In this document: one piece after another, positions 14,580-26,866 of the stretch
Layout of the letters: every line of letters starts with the position of its first letter
How positions within the stretch are numbered: the first letter of the stretch is position 1
Assembly (NCBI GenBank): GCA_009914755.4
Contig: CP068257.2
Span: 6,944,001 to 7,008,000 of the forward strand
Direction: 5' to 3'
From: the human T2T-CHM13v2.0 reference genome, Homo sapiens
Length of the DNA stretch: 64,000 nt
Made by a program: the position numbers and the translations under genes
Notes under the pieces: generated by a model
The model's input: only the letters and a program-made list of their open reading frames with translations
Database searches by the model: none
Told to the model about the DNA's origin: nothing

Positions 14580-15175
14580 TGCTTGACTGGAAAAGAAAGA
14601 ACGTATGAGTCAGAGAGAAATTGATAGGATTGACCAAACCTTCAAAAAATGGGAAAAAGGCTGAGTGCGGTAGCTCACACCTGTAATCCCAGCACTTTGG
14701 GAGGGTGAGGCAGGAGGATTGCTTGAGCTCAGGAGTTTGAGACCAGCCTGGGCTATGTGGTGAAACATCGTCTCTACTAAAAATATAAAAATTAGGTGGG
14801 CATGGTGGCACATGCCTGTAATCCCAGCTACTGGGGAGGCTGAGGCGTGAGAATCCCTTGAACCTGGGAGGCGGAGGTTACAGTAAGCCTAGATCGCGCC
14901 ATTGCTCTCTAGCCTTGGTGACAGAGTGAAACTGTCTAAAAAAAAAGGAAAAATAATGGTTCATATACTTTGTGATACTTGTTAAATACAGGCATATTTA
15001 TATATATTATCAAAGGTTGGTATGATAAGCTTGACTGGAAAAGAAAGAACATATGAGTCAGAATAGTAGATAGGAATGATCAAACCTTCAAAAAATGAAA
15101 AGATTCATATACTTTGTGATTCTTGTTATATATAGGCATATTTTTTATACATTATCTAAGATTGGTATGATTTTA
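14580..15175. repeat. Local tandem duplication of a ~148-bp unit, A1-B1-A2-B2, with an Alu inserted between A1 and B1
   Basis: A1 at 14580-14655 and A2 at 15028-15100 (gcttgactggaaaagaaagaac.tatgagtcaga...caaaccttcaaaaaatg). B1 at 14957-15028 and B2 at 15103-15175 (ttcatatactttgtgat.cttgtta.ata.aggcatattt...ggtatgat). Confidence 0.8.
14659..14947 (+). mobile_element. Alu SINE, sense
   Basis: ggctgagtgcggtagctcacacctgtaatcccagcactttgggagg...cagcctgggctatgtggtgaaac...ggtgacagagtgaaactgtctaaaaaaaaa. Confidence 0.9.
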
Positions 15176-15989
15176 GAATACATTATTTTCCTTATTTTGC
15201 AATATGCATAAGTTTAACTGTATATTTGGCAGGGCAGTTTATCCTTATATTTTCTGTTTTATATAGTAAAAGAACTGTTAGTACATTTTCTTTTAATCCA
15301 CATTTAGGGATGGATGATGTCCATAATTATGTGGATTTTAATGCTTTTACAACTAGAAATTAATATAGATGAATATAGAATTAGTATATTAAGTAATGTG
15401 TTTGTGTATGAATATGTAGCTTCTGTCTTTAATGTTCTTCCACATAAGACATTTTCCAGTAATTAAAAAAAAGCCCTTATGTGATTTGAATAGTCTGTTT
15501 ATGCTTAAGAAGCATCTTAGTCTAATTGATATTAACGTTTCTTAATTTTGTCTCTTGTCTGATTTTGTAATTGCAAAATATATTTAGCATTCAAAGAAAA
15601 TGTTTATGTTACACTGCAAAGCATTTCTTAGTTGGTATTTTCCTTGTTTGGTTCTTTGCAGTGAGCATATATTGAGCATTAATTAGGTATCCAGCATTAT
15701 CATTGGCATTAGGAATAGAAAATTAAAGAAGACCTGCTTATGGTCTTAAGTAGATATAGCCACAAATAATTGCAAAACTATACGATTAAATTTAATGTGG
15801 TTACATTTAGATTAAATACCCTACAGTGTTTTTATTGATACCTCTTTCTGATTAGATGACAATTCAATGTGAATAACTTCAAATGTCTGAAAGGTTCATG
15901 ATGCAAATCCTTTCAAATGATTTTACTGTGTAGTCAGAAAAAATTTTAATTCTTATACAACAATTTCATTGTTTTACTGTTAATTATGG

Positions 15990-16161
15990 TGAAGGAAGAT
16001 GCAAACTGTGCAGTATGCGACAGCCCGGGAGACCTCTTAGATCAGTTCTTTTGTACTACTTGTGGTCAGCACTATCATGGAATGTGCCTGGATATAGCGG
16101 TTACTCCATTAAAACTTGCAGGTTGGCAATGTCCTGAGTGCAAAGTGTGACAGAACTGCAA
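15990..16161 (+). pseudogene. KMT2C: KMT2C-like exon encoding PHD finger 2 (residues K339 to about C395 equivalent), with TGA replacing the last zinc-ligand Cys
   Basis: Translation: KEDANCAVCDSPGDLLDQFFCTTCGQHYHGMCLDIAVTPLKLAGWQCPECKV*QNCK. The stop is TGA at 16148-16150, in frame (a TGC-to-TGA change at the C391-equivalent codon). Donor gtaagt at 16162. The 5' boundary is uncertain because no AG sits at the phase-required position. Confidence 0.8.
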
Positions 16162-18014
16162 GTAAGTTTTCATTTCAATTCAAAGCTGTGTATTGGGTTT
16201 AAGAGGGACCCTATTACTAGGCGCTAAAAGTTTGTGTAATATAATAGAGGTTGTTCATATTTTGGCTGTATTCATTCAGAGTGACTTCATCATACTTAAA
16301 AAAATTACTGGATATTAACGTTTATATTATTTTGAAAGAAGTCTAAACAAAACTGATTTCAATCATTTAAATTGCTCTGATCGTCTAAAGAGCTAATTTA
16401 AATTTACCAACAGTTTAAAAAATAAGCGATATTAACAATTTAAAACAAGCATGAGAAGAATAAAGTAGCTTGTCTTCAGGTGCACCGGGGAGGGGATGTG
16501 ATAGGATTTAAACCTCTCACTACAGACGTAGAAGAATTAGAGTTGAGTCAAAACGTCAGTCATGTGTTTGAATTTCCATTCCAGGAAGGACGCTTTCTAC
16601 TATTATTTTAATGTACATCTGCATCTCTCTAAAAGCCACCTTGAGTAGATCCTGCTCAGCATAATTCCAAAATGAAATATGTGGCATTTACAAATTTATA
16701 AGGGGGTTATCTTTTCCTATTGTATTTCATCTCTTGGTCATTTCTCCAGTCTTTTCTGTGATTTCCGCTTGCACCCCCATGATTCTAATGAGCATGATAA
16801 TTTGGGGATGTTACCAGCATCTTCATTTACAGGCTGAGAATTTTTGTTGTAACCAGCAAGAATTATGCCCAACTGCCATGATCAGTCTGTTTTTATTATT
16901 TAGTTTTAAAAGAAATAAGCGTCAATATCTTAGAGTTACGTGACATAAATAGGACTATGTACCTTCATATTTTGGTAAAAATTAGATAAAATATTCAGTA
17001 AACATTTATTCGATACCTTGTATCTGCACTCAGTTTCTTGGGAAGGATTAAAAGAACTTGAAGGAAGAGTACTTGTCCTCCAAGATCTTTGCATGTAGCT
17101 GAAGAGATAAAACATGTGAGTTTTTATGGAGAGGTTGAACTGAATAATAATTGGAGGCCAACTGGCCCATCTTCCTGTTGACTTCTGTTTATCCCCCAGA
17201 TTTCATTCAGAGATTCCTCTCTCATCTCTTCTTGCTTTCCCTGTTTTTTCTCTTCCCCTCCTCTTGAATTTAAAATCATAGTATCTGAAAGTAATTATAG
17301 TCAAAAATCTCAACAGAGATAACGCTGTAGGACAGGGGCCCAATCTTTGGGGGCAGAAGAGTGTTTAAAGAAAGGTTTTAGGTTTTCAATTATAATTCTT
17401 AATAATTATGACAAGGTTCGTCTTTTGAAATAATTATTCAGCATTTAATTGCTTAATAGACATTCTAAGCACTTGAACCTGCATTACATTTAATTCTCAC
17501 AGTAATGTTTATTATTCCCGTTTTATACCTGAAACTCAGAGAGCTTTAGTCTAAGTTGTTTAGTGACACAGCTAGAAAACAGCAGCCTGAATACAAATAG
17601 AGATCTGATGCCAAATTTGATCCTCTTTACGTTATATGACAGTCTTTTCAATTTGCTGTGCCAAGATTTGATCTTTCCACACAGTAGCACATAGCAGTTA
17701 TAGCGCCTTCCTCTCAAAAATTATATTTTAAAAGTAAAGATCAAAGGCTATTCATCTTGCCTTAACCCTTCCTCCTTTGCAGGAATCCTAAAATGGCTAG
17801 AGCAAGTTAACCATAGGTGAGCATTGAGTAAAGATCACCATTTAGGAGGTAATCCTTATGGTAGGGTTACCTCTGTTACTATCTGCAGAGACAAAACAGA
17901 TACTGAGGTATTTATGAACTGTGCGGTTCCCAGGACTGATGATTTTCATGATTACTTATGTTGCAAAACATAAGTTTAAAGATAAGCCATCATTAATGCT
18001 ATCTTACTTTTTAG

Positions 18015-18129
18015 ACAATCGGGAGAAGATAGCAAGATGCTAGTGTGTGATACGTGTGACAAAGGGTATCATACTTTTTGTCTTCAACGAATTATGAAAT
18101 CTGTACCAACCAATGGCTGGAAATGCAAA
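18015..18129 (+). CDS. KMT2C: KMT2C-like exon, start of the next PHD finger
   Basis: Acceptor ctttttag at 18007-18014, donor gtaagt at 18130. With the 2-nt carry-over it reads (K)QSGEDSKMLVCDTCDKGYHTFCLQRIMKSVPTNGWKCK. Phase is [14 protein letters not shown] the previous exon. Confidence 0.85.
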
Positions 18130-18639
18130 GTAAGTTGTTTACTTTTTTAAATCCTCTGTATGTTTTATATGGAGAACAGACAAATCGGATATCTATTCAA
18201 ATCTATACATTACCATCAGCTTTTTAAAAACAGCTTTATTGACATATAACTGACATACAGTAAACTGTACACTCTTCAAGATAATGAACATAGTCATCAC
18301 CGTCAAAGTTTCCTGGTGCCTCTTGGCTTGCTTTGTGGCTGTTCAAACCCAAACCCTCTGTCTTCCTAGTCTGCTTTTTCACTATAGATTAGTATTCACT
18401 TCCTAGAATTTTTAATAAAAGCTTCATATAGTATATACTCGTTTTTGGTCTGGCTTCTTTAACTCAGTGTAATTATTTTGAAATGCATCTCTATTGCTGC
18501 ACAGATCAGTAGTGATTCTTTTGTATTACTGAGTGCTGGAGATACCACAATTTGTTTATTGAATCACCTGTTGGTGAACATTTGGGTCCTTTAAAATTTT
18601 GATCTATTATAAAAAATGCCGATGAACTCATTAACTAAC

Positions 18640-19060
18640 TTCCTACCTCACTTGGCTTCTGCCCCTTCAGGGGGAGGTGTTCAGAGCCAGGTTGGGGGCA
18701 GTGGGGTAGTGGAGATAGCCCTTGGAATCCAAGGTGCGGTTTAGCTTTTAAGCTTAGTCTTCCTGGGCTGCTGGTGTCGCGAGGTTGAGGGATGGAGATG
18801 ACCCTCAGGTGCTGCATGGGCCTGGAGCGTGTTCTCCCTGGAGCTGGAGAGGGCGTGATGGCCCGTGTGCGGGAGTGGAAGGCACAGCATTGTCATTGCC
18901 CTTCTCGGAACTGCTTTTTCTAGGGAGGAGGTGGAGGGCCTGGGAAAGGAGGATGATGTCGCCAGAACCCCAGGTCCCTGGCGTGGGGAGGAGGTGGGAG
19001 CAGACTCAGAGAGATTCTGTACCTGCACCCTGTCCTCGCCAGTGAGGTTTGGCACCTAGA
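18640..19060. other. Unexplained GC-rich block of ~420 bp (~60% GC, several CpGs) inside otherwise AT-rich intron-like sequence
   Basis: Overlapping stop-free ORFs of 60-104 aa on both strands (18741..19055, 18785..19045, 18865..19059, 18920..19102). These are typical of GC-rich non-coding DNA. I could not match the block to Alu, L1, SVA or LTR signatures. Confidence 0.3.
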
Positions 19061-20917
19061 ACTGCAAGCAGTATTACCAGGTTCTGTTGTGGTCTTCAGC
19101 AAGTTCTACTAGGCATCTGCCTGAGTGGTGGGGGTTGAGGGGAGGGGCTTTCTCTCCTGGGGGGAAAAAGAGCTGCTGGGTAACTGTGCTCAGCTGTGGC
19201 TACCTGGGAAGTGGGACCTGAGGGCTGAAGGATTGTGATGAACTCTGGCCTGCTTCCTCAGGTTGTTCAGATTCCTTCTCTTGCTGAATGACATCATTGG
19301 AAAGGAAAAACTCTGCTGTTTGACTGATTTGTATATTTACACTCTTATCTTCACTCAGTTCCTCTACTTGCCTTTTTAGTTTTAATATGAAGTTGAATTT
19401 GTAATTCATTTTCTTTCCTAAGGAAAAAGGACATTTAAGACTATAAGTTTACCTTAGGCTATAGCTTTGACTGAAGCCAAGTTTATTGTATTTGTAACTT
19501 TATGTATGTATATACCTTAGCGAATAAGTTTTTTTAAGTTGTGCTGAAGTATGTTAATTTATGCTTACATTTCATTTAATCAGAGAATTTAACTAAGGTA
19601 GGTTTTTTAAAATAAATATTTTGATACTTGAAGTATTGACTTTTTAAAGGTGTAGCATTTGTGTTTATTAATTTCATTTAGTTAGATGAAGTCCTTTTAC
19701 CTTATTTTTTGACTTGTTGATTCAACAAGTTACAATTGACCACTATTAATTGTTCCTATCAATTTATCATATTTTTAAACAAATAATTTGTGGCTGTTAT
19801 TTAGCAAGTAGGTCAGGCCAGTGTTAATATATTGTGTTTTTTACCAGTATAAAATTGTTCTTTATTCTATTTAATGTGTTTTTTGTTGAGGGATCAGGAA
19901 GGGCAGGTATTTTGCTTTGCCTGACACTATGGCCACGTAGGGTGTTAGTTTAACAGTTGAATGGTTATCTTTTCACACTTATTTTAGATTCTTTTGTGTT
20001 ATAAAAATGTATCTTTTGAAAAGCTTAATAGAAGTAACTGTTTGGATTGATGGTTGTAATTGAAATGCTTGGCTGTTTTGAGGCAAAATTTTTATTTTCT
20101 TTCTATTTTTCTCTTCTTTTACTTCCTGCAATGATTTATAATTCAGAATCTCATTTTGTGAATGTAAATGATTATAAATATTAAAGATATAAATTTTCTC
20201 CCATTCCCCACTGAAAATAAAGTTTTTATTCCCCTTTTGTCTCATTCGATTAACCTAGATTGTAAACCTTGTCACAATTTTCTTGCAAAAATATATTTCC
20301 TCTGTTAATTCCAACTTTACCCTCAATCTTTCGGAGTCTTGGTTGTGATCCTTTAAAAATAATTATAACGTTTTTGAAACCCTACATGTCGGAAAGAGAC
20401 TGTTCCTTTTAGGCTATAAGAACTTGGAACAGTATAATGTTTCATATTACAAATTTTTCTTTTTTATACTCTGAAAACATTTTCTTCAGTTTTTTTCAGT
20501 TTATGCTGTCACGAGAAAAATCTTAACTTGAAAAAATTTAATCATAATCCTTTTTTTCTTCCTGAAAGCTTTGGGAGATGTGTGAATCCCCATCCCCGCC
20601 TCCACCCCCCGCCCCAGCACCTTTTTAAAAAAATATATTTACTTAAAAAATTACCTTCTTTACACTCTCTAATAATATCTAGTAACTACTGGATAATTTT
20701 TGTCTCTTGCTCTTAATCTTCTTTATTATGGTTTTCATTGTCTTGAGAACTGGTAGAGAATTCTGGGTGTCTTTCTCAGCTTGTTCTGTCTCCCCTTTGG
20801 TGTGCTTCTTTTCGATTTGCTCTTTGTAATCTGCTGTTCTCTTTTGAGAGTGACAGGATTACATAATTTCTGGGAATACTATTGGATACTTAATCTTTTT
20901 ATTCTGTTCTATGAAGG

Positions 20918-21125
20918 CACTATAGTGTGGTGGTTAAAAGCTTATGCTGTGGAGTCAAACTGTAGTTTTTTCAGTTACTAAATTGATGATCTTTGGCTAC
21001 CTGTTTAACTTCCCTAAGTCAGTGTATAGAAGGTTAACGGTACTTACCTCACAGGGATGTTGGATTTAGTGAAGTGGTATCTATAAAGTGCCCAGCACAA
21101 TGCCTAACACAAAGTAAGTACAGAA
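20918..21125 (+). mobile_element. MIR SINE, ancient mammalian-wide interspersed repeat
   Basis: cactatagtgtggtggttaaaagc..tgctgtggagtcaaactg...tacctcacagggatgttggatttagtgaagtggtatctataaagtgcccagcacaatgcctaacacaaagtaagtac aligns to the MIR consensus core. Confidence 0.75.
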
Positions 21126-21626
21126 ACAGTTACCATAGAGTTTTTCTTGGATTGAAAGGTTTGTCCTTTGAACCATTTGAAGAATGATCATCTTTCTCTG
21201 CTGTTGAATTCTTCTGTAGTCCTCTCTGTAGTCTTGAGTCATAATTTGCTCATTTGTTTGCATTTAACATTTGAGTGTTTACTGTGTGCGAACACCACTG
21301 TAGTGAAGGCTGGAGATGTTGGGGCAAATCAGTGTGCCCCCACGGGGCTGTCAGTCTAGTTTGGGGCTGCTCCCTGGTGAGCTGGAGTGGGGTTGATCTT
21401 TTCAGGATCTTTATTGTAAACCAGTCATTGTCAGATAGGTTTCTTTTTCCTATTTTTATCTCAAGAATGTCTGTTCTTTGGTATGTTATGCGTTTTTAGA
21501 AAGTTTTTACTTGAAAATAAGTTCAAACTCTAAAAGTTGGAAAAAATAAAAATAATACCTATATCCCATTTACTTAGATATATCTGTTGTTAGCATTTCA
21601 TTATCATTGGGCATGCCCTCTCTCAC

Positions 21627-21672
21627 TTTCTCTGTGTGTGTGTGTGTGTGTATGTGTGTGTGTCTGTGTGTC
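21627..21672. repeat. (GT)n microsatellite, imperfect
   Basis: gtgtgtgtgtgtgtgtgtatgtgtgtgtgtctgtgtgtc. Confidence 0.9.
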
Positions 21673-22273
21673 TCTATTCCCCCAACCCCCTACTATTTGA
21701 GGGTTAATTACATACATTGTGCCTTTTTACCACCATTTCAGTATGTATTTCTTAATAGTAGGAATATTCTTAAAAAATCACAATCCTGCTATCAAATTCC
21801 TAAACTTACATCAATGACATATGTTTATCTAACGTACCAGCCATATTACAGTTATGTCATTTGATCTTATGTCCTTCATAATCTACCCCTTCCTCCAAGT
21901 AGGTTCTAGGATTTAGTTTTTGTCATTGGTATTTTTGAAGAATAGAGTTCTTCTCGATATACTTGTTTTTTTTTTTCTTTTTTCAAACAGAAATTTCTCC
22001 ATTTTGTTTTTGATAACCCCTTATAATTAGATGAGAGGCATGCATTATTGGCCAGAATACTGCAAAATGCTGATCCATCCTCAGGGTATCACAACTGGAA
22101 GCATATATTATTCCACTTTCCCTCATGAGAATCACCTGGTCAGGCTGTTGCCCAATTTCTATTCCCCCCTCCTTTGTATCTAATAAAGCAGTATGTGAGG
22201 ATACTTTAAGACGATGCAAATATCTTGCTTTTCCTCAGAATTTCCTTCTAGATTTGAAAAACTTACTCCCTAG

Positions 22274-22560
22274 GCCGGGTGTGGTGGCTCACACCTGTAA
22301 TCCCAGCACTTTGGGAGGCTGAAGTGGGTGGATCAGTTGAGGTCAGGAGTTCGAGATCAGCCTGGCCAACATGGTGAAACCCTGTCTGTACTAAAAATAC
22401 AAAAATTAGCCAGGCATGGTAGCGGGTGCCATGTAATCCCAGCTACTCAGGATGCTGAGACCGGAGAATCGCTTGAACCCAGGAGGTGAGGTTGCAGTGA
22501 GTTGGACTCATGCTACTACACTCCAGCCTGGGTGACATAGATAGACTCTATCTCAAAAAA
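22274..22560 (+). mobile_element. Alu SINE, sense, with TSD aaacttactc/gcc
   Basis: ggccgggtgtggtggctcacacctgtaatcccagcactttgggaggctgaagtgggtggatcag...ccagcctgggtgacatagatagactctatctcaaaaaa. The flanking repeat aaacttactccc / aaacttactgcc is the TSD. Confidence 0.9.
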
Positions 22561-22602
22561 CAGCAACAACAACAGCAACAACAGCAACAACAACAACAAA
22601 CT
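22561..22602. repeat. (CAA/CAG)n trinucleotide microsatellite abutting the Alu tail
   Basis: cagcaacaacaacagcaacaacagcaacaacaacaacaaac. Confidence 0.9.
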
Positions 22603-23089
22603 TACTGCCTGATGATGCCATTTTAACATGCTTTCTTTTGGTTGCAAATGATGCATTTCCAGCTCTAGCACTCCCACCACATTTACCAGTTAGCCCTCTG
22701 CTTTCTTTTGTAAGCAAGAACACTTCTTTCACATGTTAAGCTTACTATTAATATTGACTCATGAACTCCTATTATCTTCAATCATTTACAACTCATTACC
22801 TAATTATTTTTTGGCTCAAATAGTCACATACTTGCTGTCAGTTGCTCCTTCAAGCTGGCACTGGTGTTCTGCCCTCACCGCTTTTTTGAACACTTCATTA
22901 CTTTTTGGTGTAACAAGATGTTACAAGCTCATCTTATACCTCCCATGCCCGAGTCCTGGAATAAGTCCATTGTTAAATAAGTAACCCAGATTCCTTTAGT
23001 GGGGAATGGGTGCCGGGTGTGCTCATTGCTACTGGAGGGTGTTTACTTCTTCACCCTTTCAGCAGGTGGTGTCACGAAATACATGCATG

Positions 23090-23213
23090 TGTATACACTT
23101 ACAGAAGTTTGTCCAACCCATGGCCCGCAGGCTACATGTGGTCCAGGATGGCTTTGAATGTGGCCCAACAGAAATTCATAAAATTTCTTAAAACATTATG
23201 AGGTTTTTTTTTT

Positions 23214-23253
<40 letters not shown>

Positions 23254-23345
23254 CTCATCAGCTGTCATTACTGTTAGTGTATCTTGTGTGTGGCCCAAGA
23301 CGATTCTTCTTTCAATGTGGTCCAGGAAAGCCAAAAGATTGAACA
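23090..23345. repeat. Unclassified interspersed repeat carrying an embedded (GT)17 microsatellite at 23217-23252
   Basis: gtttgtccaacccatggcccgcaggctacatgtggtccaggatggctttgaatgtggcccaacagaaattcataaaatttcttaaaacattatgag...tagctcatcagctgtcattactgttagtgt...tgtggcccaagacgattcttc is a motif family I recognise as repetitive but cannot name confidently. Confidence 0.4.
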
Positions 23346-24506
23346 CCCCTACACGTTATGTATATACACATAAATATTCATATACATATACATAACTTAG
23401 AAATAATGAATTTATACCAGCACCTCCAGTTCTTATCCTTCTCCACTGAGTTCTTTGCCTTTTCATTCTTGCATGTCTGTTCTTCTACAGTAAAAATTCT
23501 GGGTTGTAGAACAGCACATTTATTCAGTTGCTTAATCTAAAAAGCAAGTCTGCTTCAGTTTGCTCTCAGTAATAGATTTTATTCCCCTTTTTCTTAGTGA
23601 TTTAATTTTTTAAATATAGAAAGTATTAGTATACTTTCAAAACTTAAAACTATATGAAATTTTGCTCAGAATTGTCACTGTCTCTTGTTTATTACTTATA
23701 CCGCATTTCCCCCAGCCTCTTGGAAGTAACTAACTTCATTGTTTTCTGTTTTAAACCTCCTGTTATTTTTCATCTAATAATAAGAGGATATATTGCTCTT
23801 TCAGTGAAGGTAGCATGTTGTATATGTTCTTTTGCATGTTGCTTTTTTCATGTAATAAAATCTGGAAATCACTTCCAGGCAAGTTAGGCAAGTTCAAGAG
23901 ATCTCATTCTCCTTTTAAACAGCTGCATAGCACTCCATTGTGTATCTGTGCTATCGGTTACACAACCAGTGGCCTGTGCTTTGGTATTTCAGTAGTTTAT
24001 GATATTTTGCATTATAAATGATTTTACACTCCCTGGCTTTGTGCATGTGTGTTTTTGAATTCTCAGGGACAAATCTGTAGGGTAAATTCCTAGGATTATT
24101 GCCTCAGGAGTGTACACATATGTAGCTTTGTTAGATACTGTGAAATTCCCTTTTTTGGGGCTTATGGTACTTTGCATTGCCACCAGAGATGTGTGAGAGA
24201 ACTTTTCCTACGTCTTTGCTAACAGGATGACTTGTTTAGCTTTTGAATGTTTGTCTGTCTTCTGGGTGAAAAGTAGTGTATCAATGTAGTTTTAAATTTT
24301 GTTTATCCTTAGAGTGAAGTTGATCGTTTTTTCATGTGTTTAAGGGTCAGTTTTTATTTCTTCTCATGAATTGTCTGTTCGTGTGTTTTGCCTGTTATTG
24401 AAGATTTTGGCATTTTTCCCTAAATTTAAGAGTTCTTTATAAGTTAGGGATGTAAGCCTTTATATGTGTTACATGATGCAGATACTTTCTGCTAGCTTAT
24501 TTGTTC

Positions 24507-24727
24507 TTTTTTTTTTTTTTTTGTGCTTATTTGTGTGAGACAGTGTCTCACCCTGTCACTCCGGCCATAGTACATTGGTATGGTCATAGTTCACTGTAGC
24601 CTTGACCTGGGCTCAAGCAATCTTCCTGCCTCAGCCTCCCGAGTTAGCTAGGAGTTATGTCTACCACGAAGCCCAGCTAATTTTTTACTTTTGTAGAGAC
24701 AGGGTCTCACCATGTTGTCCAGGCTGT
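24507..24727 (-). mobile_element. Truncated Alu, antisense
   Basis: Poly-T, then ...gagacagtgtctcaccctgtcactccggcc...cctgcctcagcctcccgagttagctagg...ttttgtagagacagggtctcaccatgttgtccaggctg. Confidence 0.8.
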
Positions 24728-25198
24728 ATTATGTGTCTTTTGACTTTGTTTTTATTATTTTTTTTGCCATGCAAAAGTTTCTTTTTGTGGAGTTAGATTT
24801 ATTAATCTTCTTTTGCTTCTATATTTTTGAGTCATATTCAGAAAGCCTTTCCCTACACTGAGGGTATAGAGGACACAGATAGTCTTCTCATTGCTGGTAA
24901 GCAGTATGTTCATATTGTCTAATTTGATTGAGTTATAAGATAATGTCTTTATCCCAAAGACATTTTTGCAATTGCTGTATGTATATACATTACAGTAACT
25001 AAATCTTTTAGTTAAGAGATTCTGGAAAAGAATTGACAATGGATCTAAAGTAGGTTAGTTTCTCTTGTAAGGCTTTTTTTTTTTGGAGGGGGGATGTCAT
25101 GATTAAAAATATTTTGTACTATCAGATCTGTTATTTGGTAGTTTTCTTTATCCTTACCTGTAGTCTTTCAATAAAGTGGGAAAGAAGATGAGATTTCA

Positions 25199-25440
<242 letters not shown>

Positions 25441-26165
25441 AACATAGATAAATAGATAAATTTTAGTCACTGATTGGTAAATGAGGCTAGCAGTGTCTTT
25501 TTACTATAACTTAAAAATTACCTTGATGAGATTGAGTTAAAGGTTTAACATACTGGTATCCTGATTTAAAATTTACTGGTGACTATGTTTCTGATATCTA
25601 AGTTTATAGATTTCCTGAGATTAGTCTTTTAATTTACAGACAATGATGAAGAACAACGATTATATCCAAAGAATATTTTGGCTAGGTTGGCAGGTATGGT
25701 TAAGCAAAATAAATATTGGTGGTTAGCAAATCTTTTCTGTCTGTGCTTTTGAGTCTATAGTAATTTGTCGCATCTGGGTATCTACTATTAGAAAATGCCT
25801 ACACATTCTAGATCAGTCTTTACTTTTTAACTTAGGTACCTCACATAACATGATTGATCCTCATTTTCTTAACTAAAAAATGAGTATGAGAACTTTTCCT
25901 GTGTAATTTTCAATCCATTTGGAAGTACTTGTGTTGTAAAACATGTTTTCATTAGGTTTTCTGGTGTGTGGCTGATTCTAATCCATAAATCCTTGTGTAC
26001 TTTGGCTTTCATTCACTTAATAATTGTCTGCTTTGATGAATACCTTCTGATTTAAGTTCTAGTGTAGTCAAATGTTTTATATATCTATAGTTAGAAAATT
26101 TAAAATTTGTTTGTACATTACCATAACAAATGTTCTGAATTTTGTAATATCATCCCAACATACAG

Positions 26166-26866
26166 TGAATACCGAATTGGAAAAACAGATTTCTAATGAG
26201 GCTGATAGTGAAGAAATGAAAATGTCTTCTGAAGTGAAGCATATTTGTGGTGAAGATCAAATTGAAGATAAAATGGAAGTGACAGAAAACATTGAAGTCG
26301 TTACACACCAGATCACTGTGCAGCAAGAGCAACTGCAGTTGTTAGAGGAACCTAAAACAGTGGTATCCAAAGAAGAATCAAGGCCTCCAAAATTTGTCAT
26401 TGAATCTGTCACTCTTCCACTAGAAACCTTAGTGTCCCCACATGAGGAAAGCACTTCATTATGTCCTGAGGAACAGTTGGTTATAGAAAGGCTACAAGGA
26501 GAATAGGAACAGAAAGAAGATTCTGAACTTTCTACTGGACTGATGGACTCTGAAATGACTCCTACAATTGAGGGTTGTGTGAAAGATGTTTCATACCAAG
26601 GAGGCAAATCTATAAAGTTATCATCTGGGACAGAGTCATCATTTTCATTATCAGCAGACATAAGCAAGGCAGATGTGTCTTCCTCACCAACACCTTCTTC
26701 AGACTTGCCTTCGCATGACATGCTGCATAATTACCCTTCAGCTCTTAGTTCCTCTGCTGGAAACATCATGCCAACAACTTACATCTCAGTCACTCCAAAA
26801 ATTGGCATGGGTAAACCAGCTATTACTAAGAGAAAATTTTCTCCTAGTAGACCTCGGTCCAAACAG
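26166..26866 (+). pseudogene. KMT2C: KMT2C-like large exon (exon-14 equivalent, 701 nt) interrupted by an in-frame TAG
   Basis: Acceptor cccaacatacag at 26154-26165, donor gtagggtg at 26867. Translation: ...NTELEKQISNEADSEEMKMSSEVKHICGEDQIEDKMEVTENIEVVTHQITVQQEQLQLLEEPKTVVSKEESRPPKFVIESVTLPLETLVSPHEESTSLCPEEQLVIERLQGE*EQKEDSELSTGLMDSEMTPTIEGCVKDVSYQGGKSIKLSSGTESSFSLSADISKADVSSSPTPSSDLPSHDMLHNYPSALSSSAGNIMPTTYISVTPKIGMGKPAITKRKFSPSRPRSKQ. The stop is TAG at 26504-26506 and the frame is continuous on both sides (ORFs 26072..26506 and 26543..26875 share a frame). Confidence 0.85.

Noticed and set aside
21627-23252. (GT)n and (TA)n dinucleotide runs and (CAA)n, as possible CRISPR-like or regularly spaced repeats
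   Set aside because: They are simple microsatellites without spacers. This is eukaryotic DNA, and no CRISPR array or prokaryotic operon structure exists anywhere in the window.
26257-26721. 154-aa ORF on the - strand (MSCEGKSEEGVGEED...), the longest ORF in the 26-27 kb region
   Set aside because: It is exactly antisense to the KMT2C-like large exon, whose sense frame has clear homology. It is Ser/Asp-rich low complexity with no start context or splice sites, so it is a by-product of the sense coding bias.
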